64,000 nt of DNA from positions 1,364,001 to 1,428,000 of the forward strand of contig NC_090602.1 in the NCBI RefSeq assembly GCF_000497125.1, given 5' to 3'. How positions within the stretch are numbered: position 1 is the stretch's first letter; every line of letters begins with the position of its first letter. A model generated the notes under the pieces. That model saw only the letters and a list, made by a program, of their open reading frames with translations. It did no database searches and was not told the origin of the DNA. The stretch comes from Spironucleus salmonicida. Taxonomy: Eukaryota. Positions 13,546 through 26,946 of this stretch are shown one piece after another. The position numbers were made by a program, and so were the translations under genes.

Positions 13546-14610
13546 ATGGGTTGTGGTACAAATAATGCTTCTGTCACAGATAAATCTTCGACTATTCAAT
13601 AATCTCGCTCAGCACCCCCTCCTAAAGGAGCTAAAAAGGAAGTATTGAAATACGTCACTGGTCGTATTTTCCCGGTTCCCAGCTATTCTAATATTGGTTA
13701 ATCTCTCCCTCCAATGAACTCAGTAGCCTTCGGTGTATTATCAACGATCAGGCCCCGTAGAGCTAGTTTGACTCCTCTAGCCCAAGCTGCAGTCGATTAG
13801 ATTGCCGTTGCGGCCGCCAAATTTCAAACTTATGCTGACGTTAATATTTCTCGTGATGAATTACCCAACGTTATTGACTGCTTCAGTCAAGATTTTCCAG
13901 AAGTTTTCTGGGTTCATATCAACATTGCTTATGCATCCAAAGAGGGTCAGGTCATCCGTGTTGATTTCGATAAATTCGACTATCAGATGGTTTCGAAACG
14001 CTTCAACTAACTTAAAGACATCTGTTCTAAGGTATTAGAAGGAAAATAAATTACCTCTGCCTTCCTTGCCTGCTATGAAGAAATTTTGTAGATACAAAGT
14101 GACATCGAGAAACATGGTTCGGACCACTGTTTGATCGACCGTAAGGCCTCCCCTGCCGCAATTGCAAAGGCTCTCCAGCTTTTGTTACTCAAATGCGACA
14201 TTCCTGCCGTCGTTTTGGACTCGAAGTTCGTCGCCTTCAAGGTTGACCAGACATGGTCTTTAACGAACCCAAGCGAACGCTTATCTGGTATCAACTGTGA
14301 CTGCCAAAATGTTAATTTGGAGGGTCTCTCCATTGCCAATTTTGAGAGTTTCCCTGCCTTCTGCCCTAAGGTTTTCGGCCGTTACGCTGCAATTTTGGCC
14401 AGCCAGGGATGCTGCAAAACTGCTGAAATAATCGTGAAGGCATCTGCTGCCGACGTTCAGCTCGTTCAAGCAGATTTCGTTGAAGCCATTTCCGCTGTCG
14501 GAACAGGCCACGTCTGTAAAATCGTGGTTTGCGAAAATAATGATTTGGGCCTTTGCGGCGTCACCGTTACACTCGGGGACGGCGATTTGGTGTTCGAAAT
14601 CGCTAAATGA
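13546..14610 (+). CDS. MGC-acylated transglutaminase-like (probably inactive) protein, 354 aa
   Basis: Starts MGCG. DFPEVFW motif, then RKASPAAIAKALQLLLLKCDIPAVVL...FKVDQTWSLTNP, which follows the transglutaminase-core pattern without the Cys/His/Asp triad. Confidence 0.65.
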
Positions 14611-14651
14611 GGTTTTATTTTTATTAAAAAATTTTCACTCCCACTCCAAAA

Positions 14652-17252
14652 ATGAAAATAGTAGATTTTTAGGTTGAATAGAAGCCGGACTCCGAATTCA
14701 TTTTAGCACTAACAAATGAAAGTTTTAAAGATTATTAAGGATATTCTGAGCGACTTTCACAAATCTAGTACGGAATATGGTAGTCTTCATTTTTTGAAAA
14801 TACTGGGAGTCTTCGAACCATTTACAAGTAGGATTTAGCTTTTTTGATGCAAGTTCGTAAGATACCATTTTCCCGAATTGGTAATACTCCAATTTTACCA
14901 AAAAATCCTGTAATCGGCGACTTCATTAAATTTCCAAAAGGATTTGGTATTATTTTAGATGCTGATACGATGATTATAGAGAAAGTTCCCAACCAATTTA
15001 TTTATTCATTTGTTACAACTGTTGAATTTGACAAAAAACTTGCTAAAACTGATTTAAAACCTGTTAAGTATCCTAGTTTAGAGTTTCCATAAACATTCTT
15101 GAATCTTATAAATTTAATAATTGATACTAATTAGTCTAAGTAAATTATCAAAATTTTTAACAAATATAGAAATTAAATAGATTTTTTCATAGGAAAATTT
15201 GCATCCTTTAATATGTATCAACAGAACATTCTATTTTACTCTAGTAGGTAACGGAATCTTTATTTAAAATTTTTTGAAGAAAATGGATATTTTTAGGTGG
15301 ATTTAAATGAGGTTAATTATATGGATAATGCTGAAAATCCGTTATTTTATAAATAACTACTTATTTTGAATGATACAATGATAAACTATGCGAAATAACT
15401 ATTTTTAGGTTTTAAAAATGAGAAAAAAGTTATAATAACTAAACCAAAATTAGTATTAATACCAGTATTATAAGAAAATTGTTTAAAAATAGATAATTTA
15501 TTGTTTATGAAGTTCCTCGGTCTATATTAGTTTATTTAGTGGCATACAGATATAATTGATATTGAGTAAATAAATTTAATTGAGTTTATTGAGAGTTTTT
15601 ATTGGTAATAAAATCAAGATATAGAAATTTAATAAATCATTACCAAGTTAAATAGTGTTAACTCTATCTAGTTATCTGAGACAGAAGATAATTTAAGTAA
15701 AAGTGAAATAGAAACTCATGAACCTATTGACTGTTTTTACCCATTCTTTAACCATTCTATTGTTCCATATCATTTTAAGTTGGCATATAATAATATTCGT
15801 CTGTTAGTAAAAGGTCACATATTAGAAGCAGAATATATTCATAATAATTATGGAGATAATAGTTTTGAAGATGAAGAATATGATTATGATGAATCATCTG
15901 TAAGTTAGTAGAAATCGAGAAAGAAAATTAGTTTTAGCTAAGATTTATCAATAAATAATAATGAGGAACCATCAGATCATTTTATTTCCGAAAATTATCA
16001 TATTCCATCTTTTATTCAGAAAGATTTTCTTAATTGTGTAAATTTTAATAGGATTAAGAAATCAGAACTAATATAGGAAGGTTAAAATTTCTTAGGAACT
16101 AGAGATGATCTTTGGGCTGATTTGGTAATTTCCTATATAAATTAAACAGCTACAACTTATTAAGATTTATAAGCAATTAATTAAATTTTACCTCTTATGG
16201 CATTTTTAACTTCCCATAATGTATAGATAGTTTTTGATATATTATTTAGAACTGAACGTTATCTTTATCTTGAAAAAAAGTAATACACATTATGTGGTTA
16301 AGCTTAGTATAATATCACTCATTTTCCATACAAAACTTTTCAGTCTATATTTGAATTTTTCAATATTGAAATCAGCCTTACTACTGAAGAAGTAGAATAT
16401 TTTGAAATGAAACTCGATTATAACAGTATACCAATTCGGTAATAATATTAATACGAAAAATATTATCATAAAATTCAACAGCATACTTTCTAAAGTATTT
16501 CCTTAGCTGACAAATTATCATTTTACGAATGGCTCTTTTATTAAGTTGCATAGTCTAATAAACAAGCATAGTATGAAGAAATGATCATGAAATGGATTCA
16601 TGAAAATGAAGAAAAAATATAAACCGTTTAAGATGAACAGTAATAATTTTTCAGTACCGATATAACAAAGATCAGAAAGCTTTAATATTAGACTTAGTTA
16701 GAAGACTTGTTGTTTAAAAAAATATAATTTGAGGAAAAGTTACTCTCTAGACCTAATTCTGCATCTGAGAATGCTCTTTAAAGAGTAATTTTTAAAATAT
16801 AATATTTAAAAGAATAAAATTTAGTAGTCAGTTAGCAATAAATTTTTAAGTAAAAGCTTTCAGATATTAAAGATGATTAATAGGAAAATATTTATAAACT
16901 AAACTAGGGATTTATTTGTGAAGATGAAGCATAATTTTATGCTTGTAATATAAACCAAAATATAATTGGGTTTGCAGCATATATTAACAGTGTATATTTT
17001 ATACCTGAGACAAAAATTAAATTATTATGCTAATTTTCAAGTATAGTGAAATCTAATTTTAATGATTTAACTGTTTTTAAAAATCCAATAGAAGTTACCA
17101 GTTATCCGACACATAGAAAGAAATGGATTAATTAAGAAGATTGTATGAGAGTAGGCAAAAGCTACACATAAATACCAATATTTTTGCGAACTCTTGACGA
17201 CTTAAACTTAAGCCGAGAAAATAGCTAAATTATTGCTAAGTTATATAAATGA
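14652..17252 (+). CDS. Hypothetical protein, 866 aa
   Basis: ATG 14652 after the C-rich ctcccactccaaa. Single frame (includes track ORF 14844-15092) to TGA 17250. Confidence 0.7.
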
Positions 17253-17277
17253 GTTTATTATATTATATTAATTTTAA

Positions 17278-18186
17278 ATGAATAAATAGCAGGCTGATTT
17301 AAATAGACTTAAGATTATGCTTCAGATGAATCCTACATAAAAATACTTTACTGAATTAGTGGAGATTGCAGTTAATAAGAATACAGAAAAATTATACGAT
17401 GAAAATATCGAATTACGATAATAAAAAATTAATATATAAAATGAGATAGATTAAATAGAGCAGTAGCTAAACTTGCAATCTAATAATCTTAAAAATTCTT
17501 AATTGCTTTTGTATTCACCAATTCAAATACCACATCGGTATTAACTTCAGACTTAAGATTTTAATTCATAGCATCCGTTATAAGTAATATCAGAACAATC
17601 GCTTAATGAAGCTTATAAACAATTTAACTATTATAAAAGTTAAGTTGATAGTCATAACTAAAATATATAGAATATCAACCAGCTAATCAATAAAAAACTA
17701 TAACGACTATCAAAACAGTTTGCTGAAGTACGTTAATCTCTAATTGCAAATCAAGTTAAACTTAATAATAATTAAATAACTGGGGCATTATTACTCCCAA
17801 ATTTTAAATTTATATAAGAAATGAATTTTGAGGAGAATGAAAAAGGTTTTAATGAGTATTTGAAATGCATAATAGAATAAATATAAGCAGTGATGATTTT
17901 TTGTCATTCAAAAATTCCACTTGGATAGCTAACTTATACGAGTTCTTATTCATATTCAAGTGTGTCTAACTATTATTTAAAAAGATATATTAATGATTAT
18001 TATACCACTCTGACATCTTCAGAATAATTTGGAAATAAGCACATTCTCTTGTTTTCAAATTTTGCAATAGCACCGACTAAAAAATTAATTGAAAATGTAG
18101 AGTTTTAATTTAAAACTGTAATATCAACAAATATCTTAAATATTTATTAAATAATTGATTAAAATTACGATTACTAACAAAGATGA
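17278..18186 (+). CDS. Gln-rich coiled-coil-like hypothetical protein (3' end uncertain, possibly near 17893)
   Basis: ATG 17278 (MNKQQADLNRLKIML...). First in-frame TGA is at 18184, overlapping the convergent gene by 283 nt. Confidence 0.5.
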
Positions 18187-20810
18187 CTTAGCTATTAAAA
18201 TGATAAAGTTTATTACGCTTCGATTAATTTAGAATAAAATACATGAGATAGCGATTGTATTAAATAATAAATTGAGTAAACTGGGAGATATTATTATGCT
18301 TTATATGATGTTTCCTTATTTACGCTAGCAATATTGTATTGTGTATAATAAGATTCACAGAATTATTACAATAATTAAATGAAATCTTTGATTTCATAAA
18401 AAATGAAATTATTGTCTAAGATATCCAAATCTACAGTAATAATTTTCAATTTAGCCAATGCAATAAATGGGATACTAACAGATAATAGCTTTGGTAATTA
18501 TTTTTAACTAGAAAACTACCTCATAAGTATATTCTAAATTTAAGATGCCAATGCTATTCCTAAATTTTTTTATTACTTGAGTTAACAAAACCTAAGTTCT
18601 TAGTTAACTATTTAAATTTATAGCATTGATAGTGAAAAGTACTACAAAGGTAATAACAATTTTGTATCATATTGTTTTGTTAATGATAAATTAGATAGAT
18701 TAAAACTTATTTAGACTAATTTCCTAATCAAAGTATAATCTGACAAATTTAATTTAATTTAGTTCAAAAAGTTAAATAATTTTGCCTATACTGTTTTAAT
18801 TACAAGATCTTTATCTTATACAGAGTTTGATAAAGTAATAAAATTATGTATTATATTATAAGCATATTTAACTGCCTCGATATTATTTAATTCATCAAAA
18901 ATAATTAATTATTTTTCAATAAGGTCATCTTAGTTTAAAATTAAAAAATTATTAGAAAATATAGATATGAATTTTAATACATAATCTTATTGTAAAAATT
19001 AAAACTATTATGATAGCTCTCTTGTCAACTAATTTTTTTAAAATAATTTCTTTTCCCCTTCAAATTTCTATAATAATATTTAAAAAGAATTTGATACAAC
19101 AGTAGATTGTTGATTTAAATCATCTAAACTTAAACCACTAGATCTTCTACTCAGAATATTTTATTAGTTATTAACTTGTTATGTTAAAACAATAAGTTAC
19201 GTAAATATATAGAAATCTGGTTCAGCTTCGTTAATACTGTCTAAATATTTAATTAACCATTTATTTTCAAAATATATATATTCATTATTAATTTTTTTAG
19301 TAAGTTTCGCGAAAAGTTATTGTTGTTATTTGTCAGTGAATACCTATAATACATCAACTTATTATTAATTTAACAACTATATACCATAAAAATCTAAATA
19401 AACATTACAATTAAAGAGCTACTCAAGTATAATACGAACACAATTTTAATTAAGTTCATAATTTATTGAATTTAAGATAATGCATGTAAATAATGAATTA
19501 TCAAATTATATCAAAAAATCAAGTACATTTTACGTTAAAATGTATTTCTAAACTTCAATACTTAATATTTACTCTTTTTAACAGAATAATATATGTCTTT
19601 ATTATAATTCATTAAAAATGTTTTTCAATTTATCATACTCAAAATCCTCAAACTATCCATATAAAAGCATAAAATTATTATTTAACTACTCTAAATAGTG
19701 AATAAAAAATGTTTCGTCGGATTTAAGTGCTATTAATGTAATGTCTTCGAATAAATCAATGAAACATGACGATAGTGATTAAAGACCTTTTATCTTTATT
19801 TCATTAGATTGTGATGATAAACATTTAATAATTACTTTTTTATAGTTATCAATTTAATCTTCAGCTGACATAAATTCTAAGGCTTTGTAGGATAATTAAA
19901 TATTATGGTCAGAAATACAAATTTTGAGTATATCTTATAAAAAATCGTTGTCAACATATTTATAACGTAAGATTATTAGTTCAATTGTTAATAATTTTAT
20001 TTCTTTATTATTACTATTAGCAATTTGTTATAAAAAGAAAGGGTTTAAAAAATTTATATCAAACTATGAGTTTCTCACGATATTATAAATCTTATACACA
20101 GTTTATTATTCATCCGATACCATTATTTTTTAGCAATAGCTGATTGACAGAAAATCTATGTTCAAGTTAGCAATACAACACAAAAATAAAATATAAAAAA
20201 TATCAGCTTGAACATCCTTGCAATAACTTATAATATTATCTAAACAGTTTTAGCTAAATTTTAGAAGCATACTATGCACATACAAAATCGAAACTAGTTG
20301 TCTATCCTACCAAAATGAATTTTTTTCTGAAAGTAAATTAAGATTTATATTTAATTCATCTTTTTAGATATAAGAATTTGGTAATGGTTTCTTCTCAATT
20401 TCTTTCAATGATAAAGTAAAAATCGACTTTTCATATTTTTAGCAAATTATTTCTAACAATAAATTGTTATGCTAGTTTGATAGCTCATTATTATGAGTAT
20501 CTTAATATAATAGTCTTCTATACGACGATTATAATGTATTGAATAAACTACATCTATCAAAGTCAAATACAATAGAAGCATTAATAATTATAATAAATAA
20601 TTACTATGTACATTTATTAGGCTTTTATATAAAAGAAATAAGAATCGAAGTAGAATTGCTAACTTTTTGTATAAATTGTAATTCATTTCGCATACATGCG
20701 ACTAAGACTAATGCCGTAAACTATATAACATCATTTAAATCTGTAAAATCCTCCATTTTTAAATTAATAAGCTCCTATTCGTCATTTAAAATTTCTTTTG
20801 TAATAGTCAT
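17904..20810 (-). CDS. Hypothetical (probably helical-repeat) protein, 968 aa
   Basis: ATG 20810 (MTITKEILNDEQEL...). No in-frame TGA until 17904. L/I/F/Q-rich. Confidence 0.7.
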
Positions 20811-20883
20811 TTATTAATTAAATTATAATATTTTAACTGTATAATAACTATATAAAAAATAAAAACGAATTTGATCAAATTAT

Positions 20884-21213
20884 TCATTTCATGAATACTA
20901 AAGCAAAAAGAAGAGCAGCACCCGACCACATGGCATTTCTTTGAATATCATATTAACATGTGAAAAAATCGTAAATATTTCCAGCTATGCACGAACAAAA
21001 TCCAGCTAAAAACAATCTTTTAGGAACAAAAAATTTACCTCTTTTCTGAGAAAGAATATATATTAATGTTAGAGAAAATATTACAAATGCACAGAATAGG
21101 AATGTAAGTGGAATCAATTTCATAGGCAATTTAGGGGTTTGTTGTGGGTTTCTGAGGAATCGAGGGAAAATAGGGCGTTCTTAGGGGTGTGAACGAAAAT
21201 CAAGATTAGACAT
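20884..21213 (-). CDS. Small membrane protein, 109 aa (possible Asterix/PAT10-like)
   Basis: Three hydrophobic segments, N-terminal DFRSHP, C-rich motif before the ATG. Confidence 0.6.
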
Positions 21214-21875
21214 TTTGTGGAGTGGGGAGTAGATGTTATATTATATATTATACTTAATTTTAATAAATACTAAATGAAGGATTTAAGTCTATTTTAATTT
21301 CATTGGAATACTATCTTATGAATGAAAAAATTTATTATTAACAATAGCTACTATATTAATAAGATTTAGTTTATGCTTATAAGAGTATGAAAATAAGCGA
21401 TATCAAAGATACAACTCAAAAAAAGATAGAAGGATAATTAATAATAACTGCAGTTATAACCCATAGAATAATTTATTAATATCTAATATTTATATTTTGC
21501 TAGTAGTATTTATCTGTAATTTATTTTTCTTATTTATAATAATTTACTTTTTTATTCCTATATTATCTTAATTAACTATATTCGATATTTTTATTAATAG
21601 TTTCAATAATACTAATTTTTTTATTCTTCTAAGTCATATTATGCATCACATTTTATTAGCATCATTCGGGGATATTAAATTTTATTAATGACAAGGTTTT
21701 TAATTCGTAGATAAATTTTATTCAAATACATAAATATTTTAATTTAACTATAAATAAGTGGATTTTTCTACTATTTTTCTGTTATGTGAATAAATCCATA
21801 TACTATATTTAATGATGTTTTAATCTTAATAAAGTGGCCGATTATTATTTTAAACAATGAAATAAAAGAAAATAG

Positions 21876-23030
21876 TCACTAAAACTTCCATGAACTATTT
21901 AAATTCTATTAATAATCACCTAATATGGCATTAATATTTAAACCATTTATATCACCAATGCAAAGAATGTCTATTGCTTGTGTTATAGACTTTGCTGCAT
22001 TAATAGCAATATTAAGTTATCTATCATCACTTTTATTTAGTGACTTCAAATATGCATTTTCTTCTTTTAACTAGGTAATCTCTGTCATTAAATCTGAAAT
22101 AAATTCTTTATCTGACTACTAGTTAACCTTAAAATCAAGGATAGACTGTTTAAAATATTTGTAATCTAAGAAATTCATGTTTTCTTATATACTAAGAACA
22201 ATCGCTTACAAATTTTTAATTTATTCTGAAACAGGCAGTAAAACTTTTCTAGGCAAATTACTAATTGTATCTAACATATGTTTCATTGCTTTTTCTATTT
22301 TTGTTTCTCCAAATTTACTAGTAAGCCTTATAACTTCATTATAATCAAAATTTTATAAAGATTTAGATATTGCATTAATTAGATTAACATTTAAGTAACT
22401 ATATTGCTGTGAATTTATATTAGAATTCTAAGTTATAGTATTAGCCTATGAACTAGATTAAGATATTATTGAATTTTTAGTTTATTATTTTTCATGATTT
22501 GAACTTTTCCCTAATTATTTAGGTGTAATTTGCTATTACTATAAATCCTCTACTGATATATCTAACGCCTTTTTAGTTACCTAACTCAAATTATTAGTAT
22601 TTGTGTCTACTTATGGAAAATGTTTAACCGTTTCAAGTTCTGTCGCATACTTGGTATCTGCCTTAATTTACTGAATTTAATTATTGACTTTTTGTTTTTA
22701 GAATTCTACAAGAGTACTTGAAAGCTGTTCTAAGTTTTGTAGCTATTAGAACCCTACTTTATATCTAGCTTAATATATACCAAACCTAATAATATTATCT
22801 GTAGTTAAACCAAAAGGATTTGTTCTTATTCTATAGTCATTAATAAAAGTACCATTTCGTGAACCTAAATCTTAGATAAATACGTCACCATTTTGGAAAA
22901 TAAGTTTCGCATGAAAAGCTGATATTGAACCATTATTTATTATTAAATCATTACTTTCATGTCTTCCTATTGTGAAAACTGGTTATTTTATCTCCTAAAG
23001 CTTTCCGTCACCAGAAATGTACCCGTACAT
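21876..23030 (-). CDS. FHA-domain protein, 384 aa
   Basis: Canonical FHA: FTIGRHESNDL...SISAFHA...IQDLGSRNGTFIN. Ends TAG-TGA. Confidence 0.88.
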
Positions 23031-23075
23031 TTTATAATTTATAATATATTTAATATAAGTAATAATAAGATCAAA

Positions 23076-23879
23076 ATGACTTCATCAGTAACAAACTTTT
23101 TGAGAGCATCTCCAGTCTTCAACAGATTCACTACTATATTATAAACTCTGAATCTACCAGGAAAAGTGGAAATAGAAGCCCGTGTTGGTAAAATTTCATA
23201 AGGAAGATATCGATACCAACCAAATTTTCTTACTGAATCCCTAGTGCAGGTATAATACGTTGATATTTCCGATGAAGATTTGAAATTTTTTATCAATGCA
23301 GTTTTAAAACAGTAGAAGCTTCCACCTTTCCCATCTTAAATTTTTGAGCCTCAATAATAAAACCTTCAATTCTCACCTTCTATTCCTTAAGAATATTTTA
23401 TTTTCTTAGGTAATATACGCAAACCAAAATTTGAGCCATTCTATCAAAAGTCAATGAAAATTGAGCAGCCATTTCCGTTTTTAAATCTACGGAAAAGAGA
23501 GGATATCAACAATAGAGTTATAGAAAATATTGCTAAAATAAGATTAGCTAACTTTGATATCTCAACTGTTTTTGATTTTGATTACAGAATAAGCATAAGT
23601 CTGGAAATTAAAGTGCCACCGTTTGTTGATTCTGGTGCAGAGAGGCGGAAAAGAGGCAGTGTTATTTATTAAAATGTTTAGTGTGATATGACAGAATTTG
23701 GTGACGGTGATGACTTCCAGATTGAATTGGAGGGTGATAATATTGCTACAGTTGTTGAAGGAATAAGAGAGATTTGTTGTGTTCTAAGCGATTATTGTGA
23801 TATTTTTGATGGTGACGAGCCAGAAAAGGTAGAAGACGAGGAGGAACTTTAAGAAGATATCAGTGATGAGTTTGACTGA
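23076..23879 (+). CDS. CET1: mRNA 5'-triphosphatase, Cet1-type triphosphate tunnel metalloenzyme, 267 aa
   Basis: Motif A VEIEARVG, AKIRLANFD, DYRISISLE, RRKRGS, CDMTE, motif C QIELE. Confidence 0.82.
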
Positions 23880-23929
23880 AAAATATATTTAATATTATGT
23901 AATTAATAATATAATTTCTTCTCCGCAAA

Positions 23930-26122
23930 ATGTCTGACGAGGGTGATCGTGATCGTGAATTTGAGGATTTAGACCAACCAGAGCAACATCTTGAAAAATT
24001 AGTGGCTGTAACTGTTAGTAAAGGCCAATCATTTATTAAACATGACTAGTTATTAGAATCCGTTATTTTAGCACCTACGGCATCACGAACTTTTTATATG
24101 CAAGCGCCATCTGTTTTCGCAGCTGATGGACAAGACGCAGCGAAGACAACAAAATAAAATGATAATTACGAGAAGGCCTGCAAAAAAATGCAAGAGCCTG
24201 GACAAGCTGTTAACGTGGAGATTTAAACATTAGTATAAACAGAAGTTTTAAATACAGGAGCAGTTATTTTAACTAAAACTGCGTATGCGAAAGAAAAAGG
24301 TGTGGGAACATGTCAATAAACATTTAAAGATTAAGCTGTAGAAGTAAATTATGTTGACATTATGTCATTGATTAAAGAGGAAGAGGTAACTTTGGTACAA
24401 TAACCAGATGATGTTGAATTTAAGAAGAAATAAGAGGGAGGGATAGATTTTGATGATGTTGGTACTGCATATACCAAAACTGAGGGTGATGATGTTTCAG
24501 AAGCAGGAACAGCATACACGACAGGAACATAAAAAACTGCCGATTAAAGTATTGGTTAAAGTATAGGGTCTACCATTGGTAAAGATGATGATGAAGGTAA
24601 AGGTAATGAGTTAAGAAAATAACGTTTATAAAGTTTTGAAGGTAGAATTTTTAATGATCCTAAATTTGTAAAGTCAATGTTATTAGCAGAATTATTAGTT
24701 TAATAAAATCCTTTAATAACTCGCATTTGCAGTTATAGGGCACAAGATGTGTAGTATGATCCTGACTTAGATTATGGCCAAATTCTACGATCAGAATTCA
24801 CTGTTTCTAAAGATAATACATAAGTTTCAAAGAAAACACCTTTATAGCTTAAATAACTGTATATTTATAAATCTCCATTAATGCATTCTCTTAAAGTTGT
24901 TTGTTTAGATTTCTCTCCAATAGATGAACGTCTGTTGGCAGTAGGATATGCAGATACTAATAGTGCACCTTCTGATGAACATTATGGTGCTATTGCAGTT
25001 TGGTAGCCAGAAAATCCGACACATCCTAAAATTCATTTTTTTACTAGATAATAAATTACGTCGCTTGCATGGCTTCCATTAGGTAAATCTGTAGTATCTG
25101 TTGGTTTTTCTGATGGGTGTGTGGCAGTTTATGACTTTAGACACTTATAAATTGATTCATAAGGATATGCAGTCCCTAATTTAGAAAGTAATAATAAAAC
25201 AGGAAAACATACTTCGAAGGTATGGGATTGTGCTTGGGTAGCTGGTGATACTAGTAGCATGAGTGGTGACAATGTGGTTAGTACTGATTATGATAACTTA
25301 ATTACGGTTAGCGCAGATGGACGTGTAGTAGAACGTAGTGTTAAAAGAAGTTTCGAATATAGAGATATTCTTACATTAACCAGTGTAGGATCACACCCTG
25401 TAGCTATTAAAAGTGTAGATGATAAGAAGAGCACTAGTAACAGAATGACTATTATCAGAAAGCTTTCTGCTGGTTTAAGTATTGATTTCTTACCAGATTA
25501 AAGCACATATTTAGTATCAGGAGACGATGCAGTTATTAGAAAGGCTAGTAGAGCATACTCTGAATAAACTCTTATGCAATATACAGGACATTTAAGTTCA
25601 ATTTACAGAGTTCGTGTTAATCCTTGTACACCAGGATATTTTTTATCCTGCTCTGCTGACAGAACTACTAAAATCTGGAATTTAGAATCATAATAAGCAC
25701 TGGTATCTCTTAGATCACCTTCTGAAGAGCATGTGTATACAGCAGAATGGTGTCCTTACAAATCTACAGTTATATTAACAGGTACAAAGGCAGGAACTGT
25801 TGAATTATGGGATTTAACTGAGACCACTGTATCACCTATGAAAGTTATCGACAGACTACAATTTAAGAAAAAAACTGATGATGATGAGGAAGAAGAAAAA
25901 CCTGATGAAAAAGAAGAAATTATTCCAGTACGCGTTGTTTAATTCAATAAAAAAGTACCGGTCTTCGCAGTAGGTTATGAAAATGGTTTCGTATATATTT
26001 ATAGACTTACAGGTGTAGAAAATGGTTATATTTTTAAAAATGTTGACTAGGCTAATTTCTTAGAAGTAGAAAGCGAAAGAATCGCAGCGGTTGTATAATA
26101 ATAAGAAGGTGCAGAAGAATGA
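23930..26122 (+). CDS. Axonemal dynein intermediate chain (WD40; WDR78/IC138- or DNAI1-like), 730 aa
   Basis: CLDFSPIDERLLAVGY, VGFSDGCVAVYD, GKHTSKVW, ITVSADGRV, AYSEQTLMQYTGH..IYRVRVNP...FLSCSADRTTKIW. Confidence 0.88.
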
Positions 26123-26650
26123 TCACTTTTATTTGAAAAGATATTTCTATAATTTTTACTATTCTAATATTTTTCGTTTTTCTTAAACCTCTTAAATTTT
26201 TGATAAAGTTTTTTCTTTTTTCTACTACACTAATTATAATTTTTCATGCTCTAATATTTTTAATAGCTATTCCTAAGTTTCTTCCTTATTGTGTTATTTA
26301 TTTTCTAAGTCTATTAGTTGTTATAACTTTGAGTTTCGGATAGCATTAACTTTTTAATCATGATGTCTGTATATTTATCCAAGATTATTATCATAATTGC
26401 CTCGCCATTTTGTTTTGTTTCTCTATTATGATTTATTTGACCTAAATGATAAAGAATCAGATTAATACTACTCATCATCACTAGTTTCTTATAATCTTGT
26501 TAGCATTTAATATTTTAACATTTATCTATTAAGATAATTAATATACTTTTCAATACTTACATTTAGTTATAATATATCGTCAGGCTCCTTAAATTGCTCG
26601 ATGACCAACTCTTAAGGGTCCATATACATTTGAGTACATAGTTTTTACAT
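26123..26650 (-). CDS. Hypothetical coiled-coil protein, 175 aa
   Basis: ATG 26650 to AAG-TGA at 26123, whose stop directly abuts the stop of the dynein IC gene. Confidence 0.6.
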
Positions 26651-26946
26651 TTTTAATTTATAAAAACTATAGATATTATATTAATATTATAAATTGTCTT
26701 TTCAAATAATTACATTTTCTACCCATACTTTCTTACAACCATGTAGTGTATATATTTAATAAAACCTTATAATTATTATTCCTCAATCTTATCCTTCTCT
26801 AAACCTAGAAGATATACATATAAGATTAGTAATTTTTATGATATGGAGTTATATAACAATTATTATTATAGAAAATTCAATTCCATAATATTAGTTATAA
26901 CTCTATTATTATATTAGTAATGTGGATATACTCAACCACTCTACTA

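Noticed and set aside
18184-19113. Apparent TGA=Trp/Sec readthrough: the + frame of the 17278 gene continues about 290 codons past TGAs at 18184 and 18244
   Set aside because: The region is the antisense shadow of the uninterrupted minus-strand CDS 17904-20810. With only one stop codon, antisense frames are often open.
21318-21815. Hydrophobic + strand open frame
   Set aside because: I/L/F/Y-rich composition typical of random AT-rich DNA, with no supporting signals.
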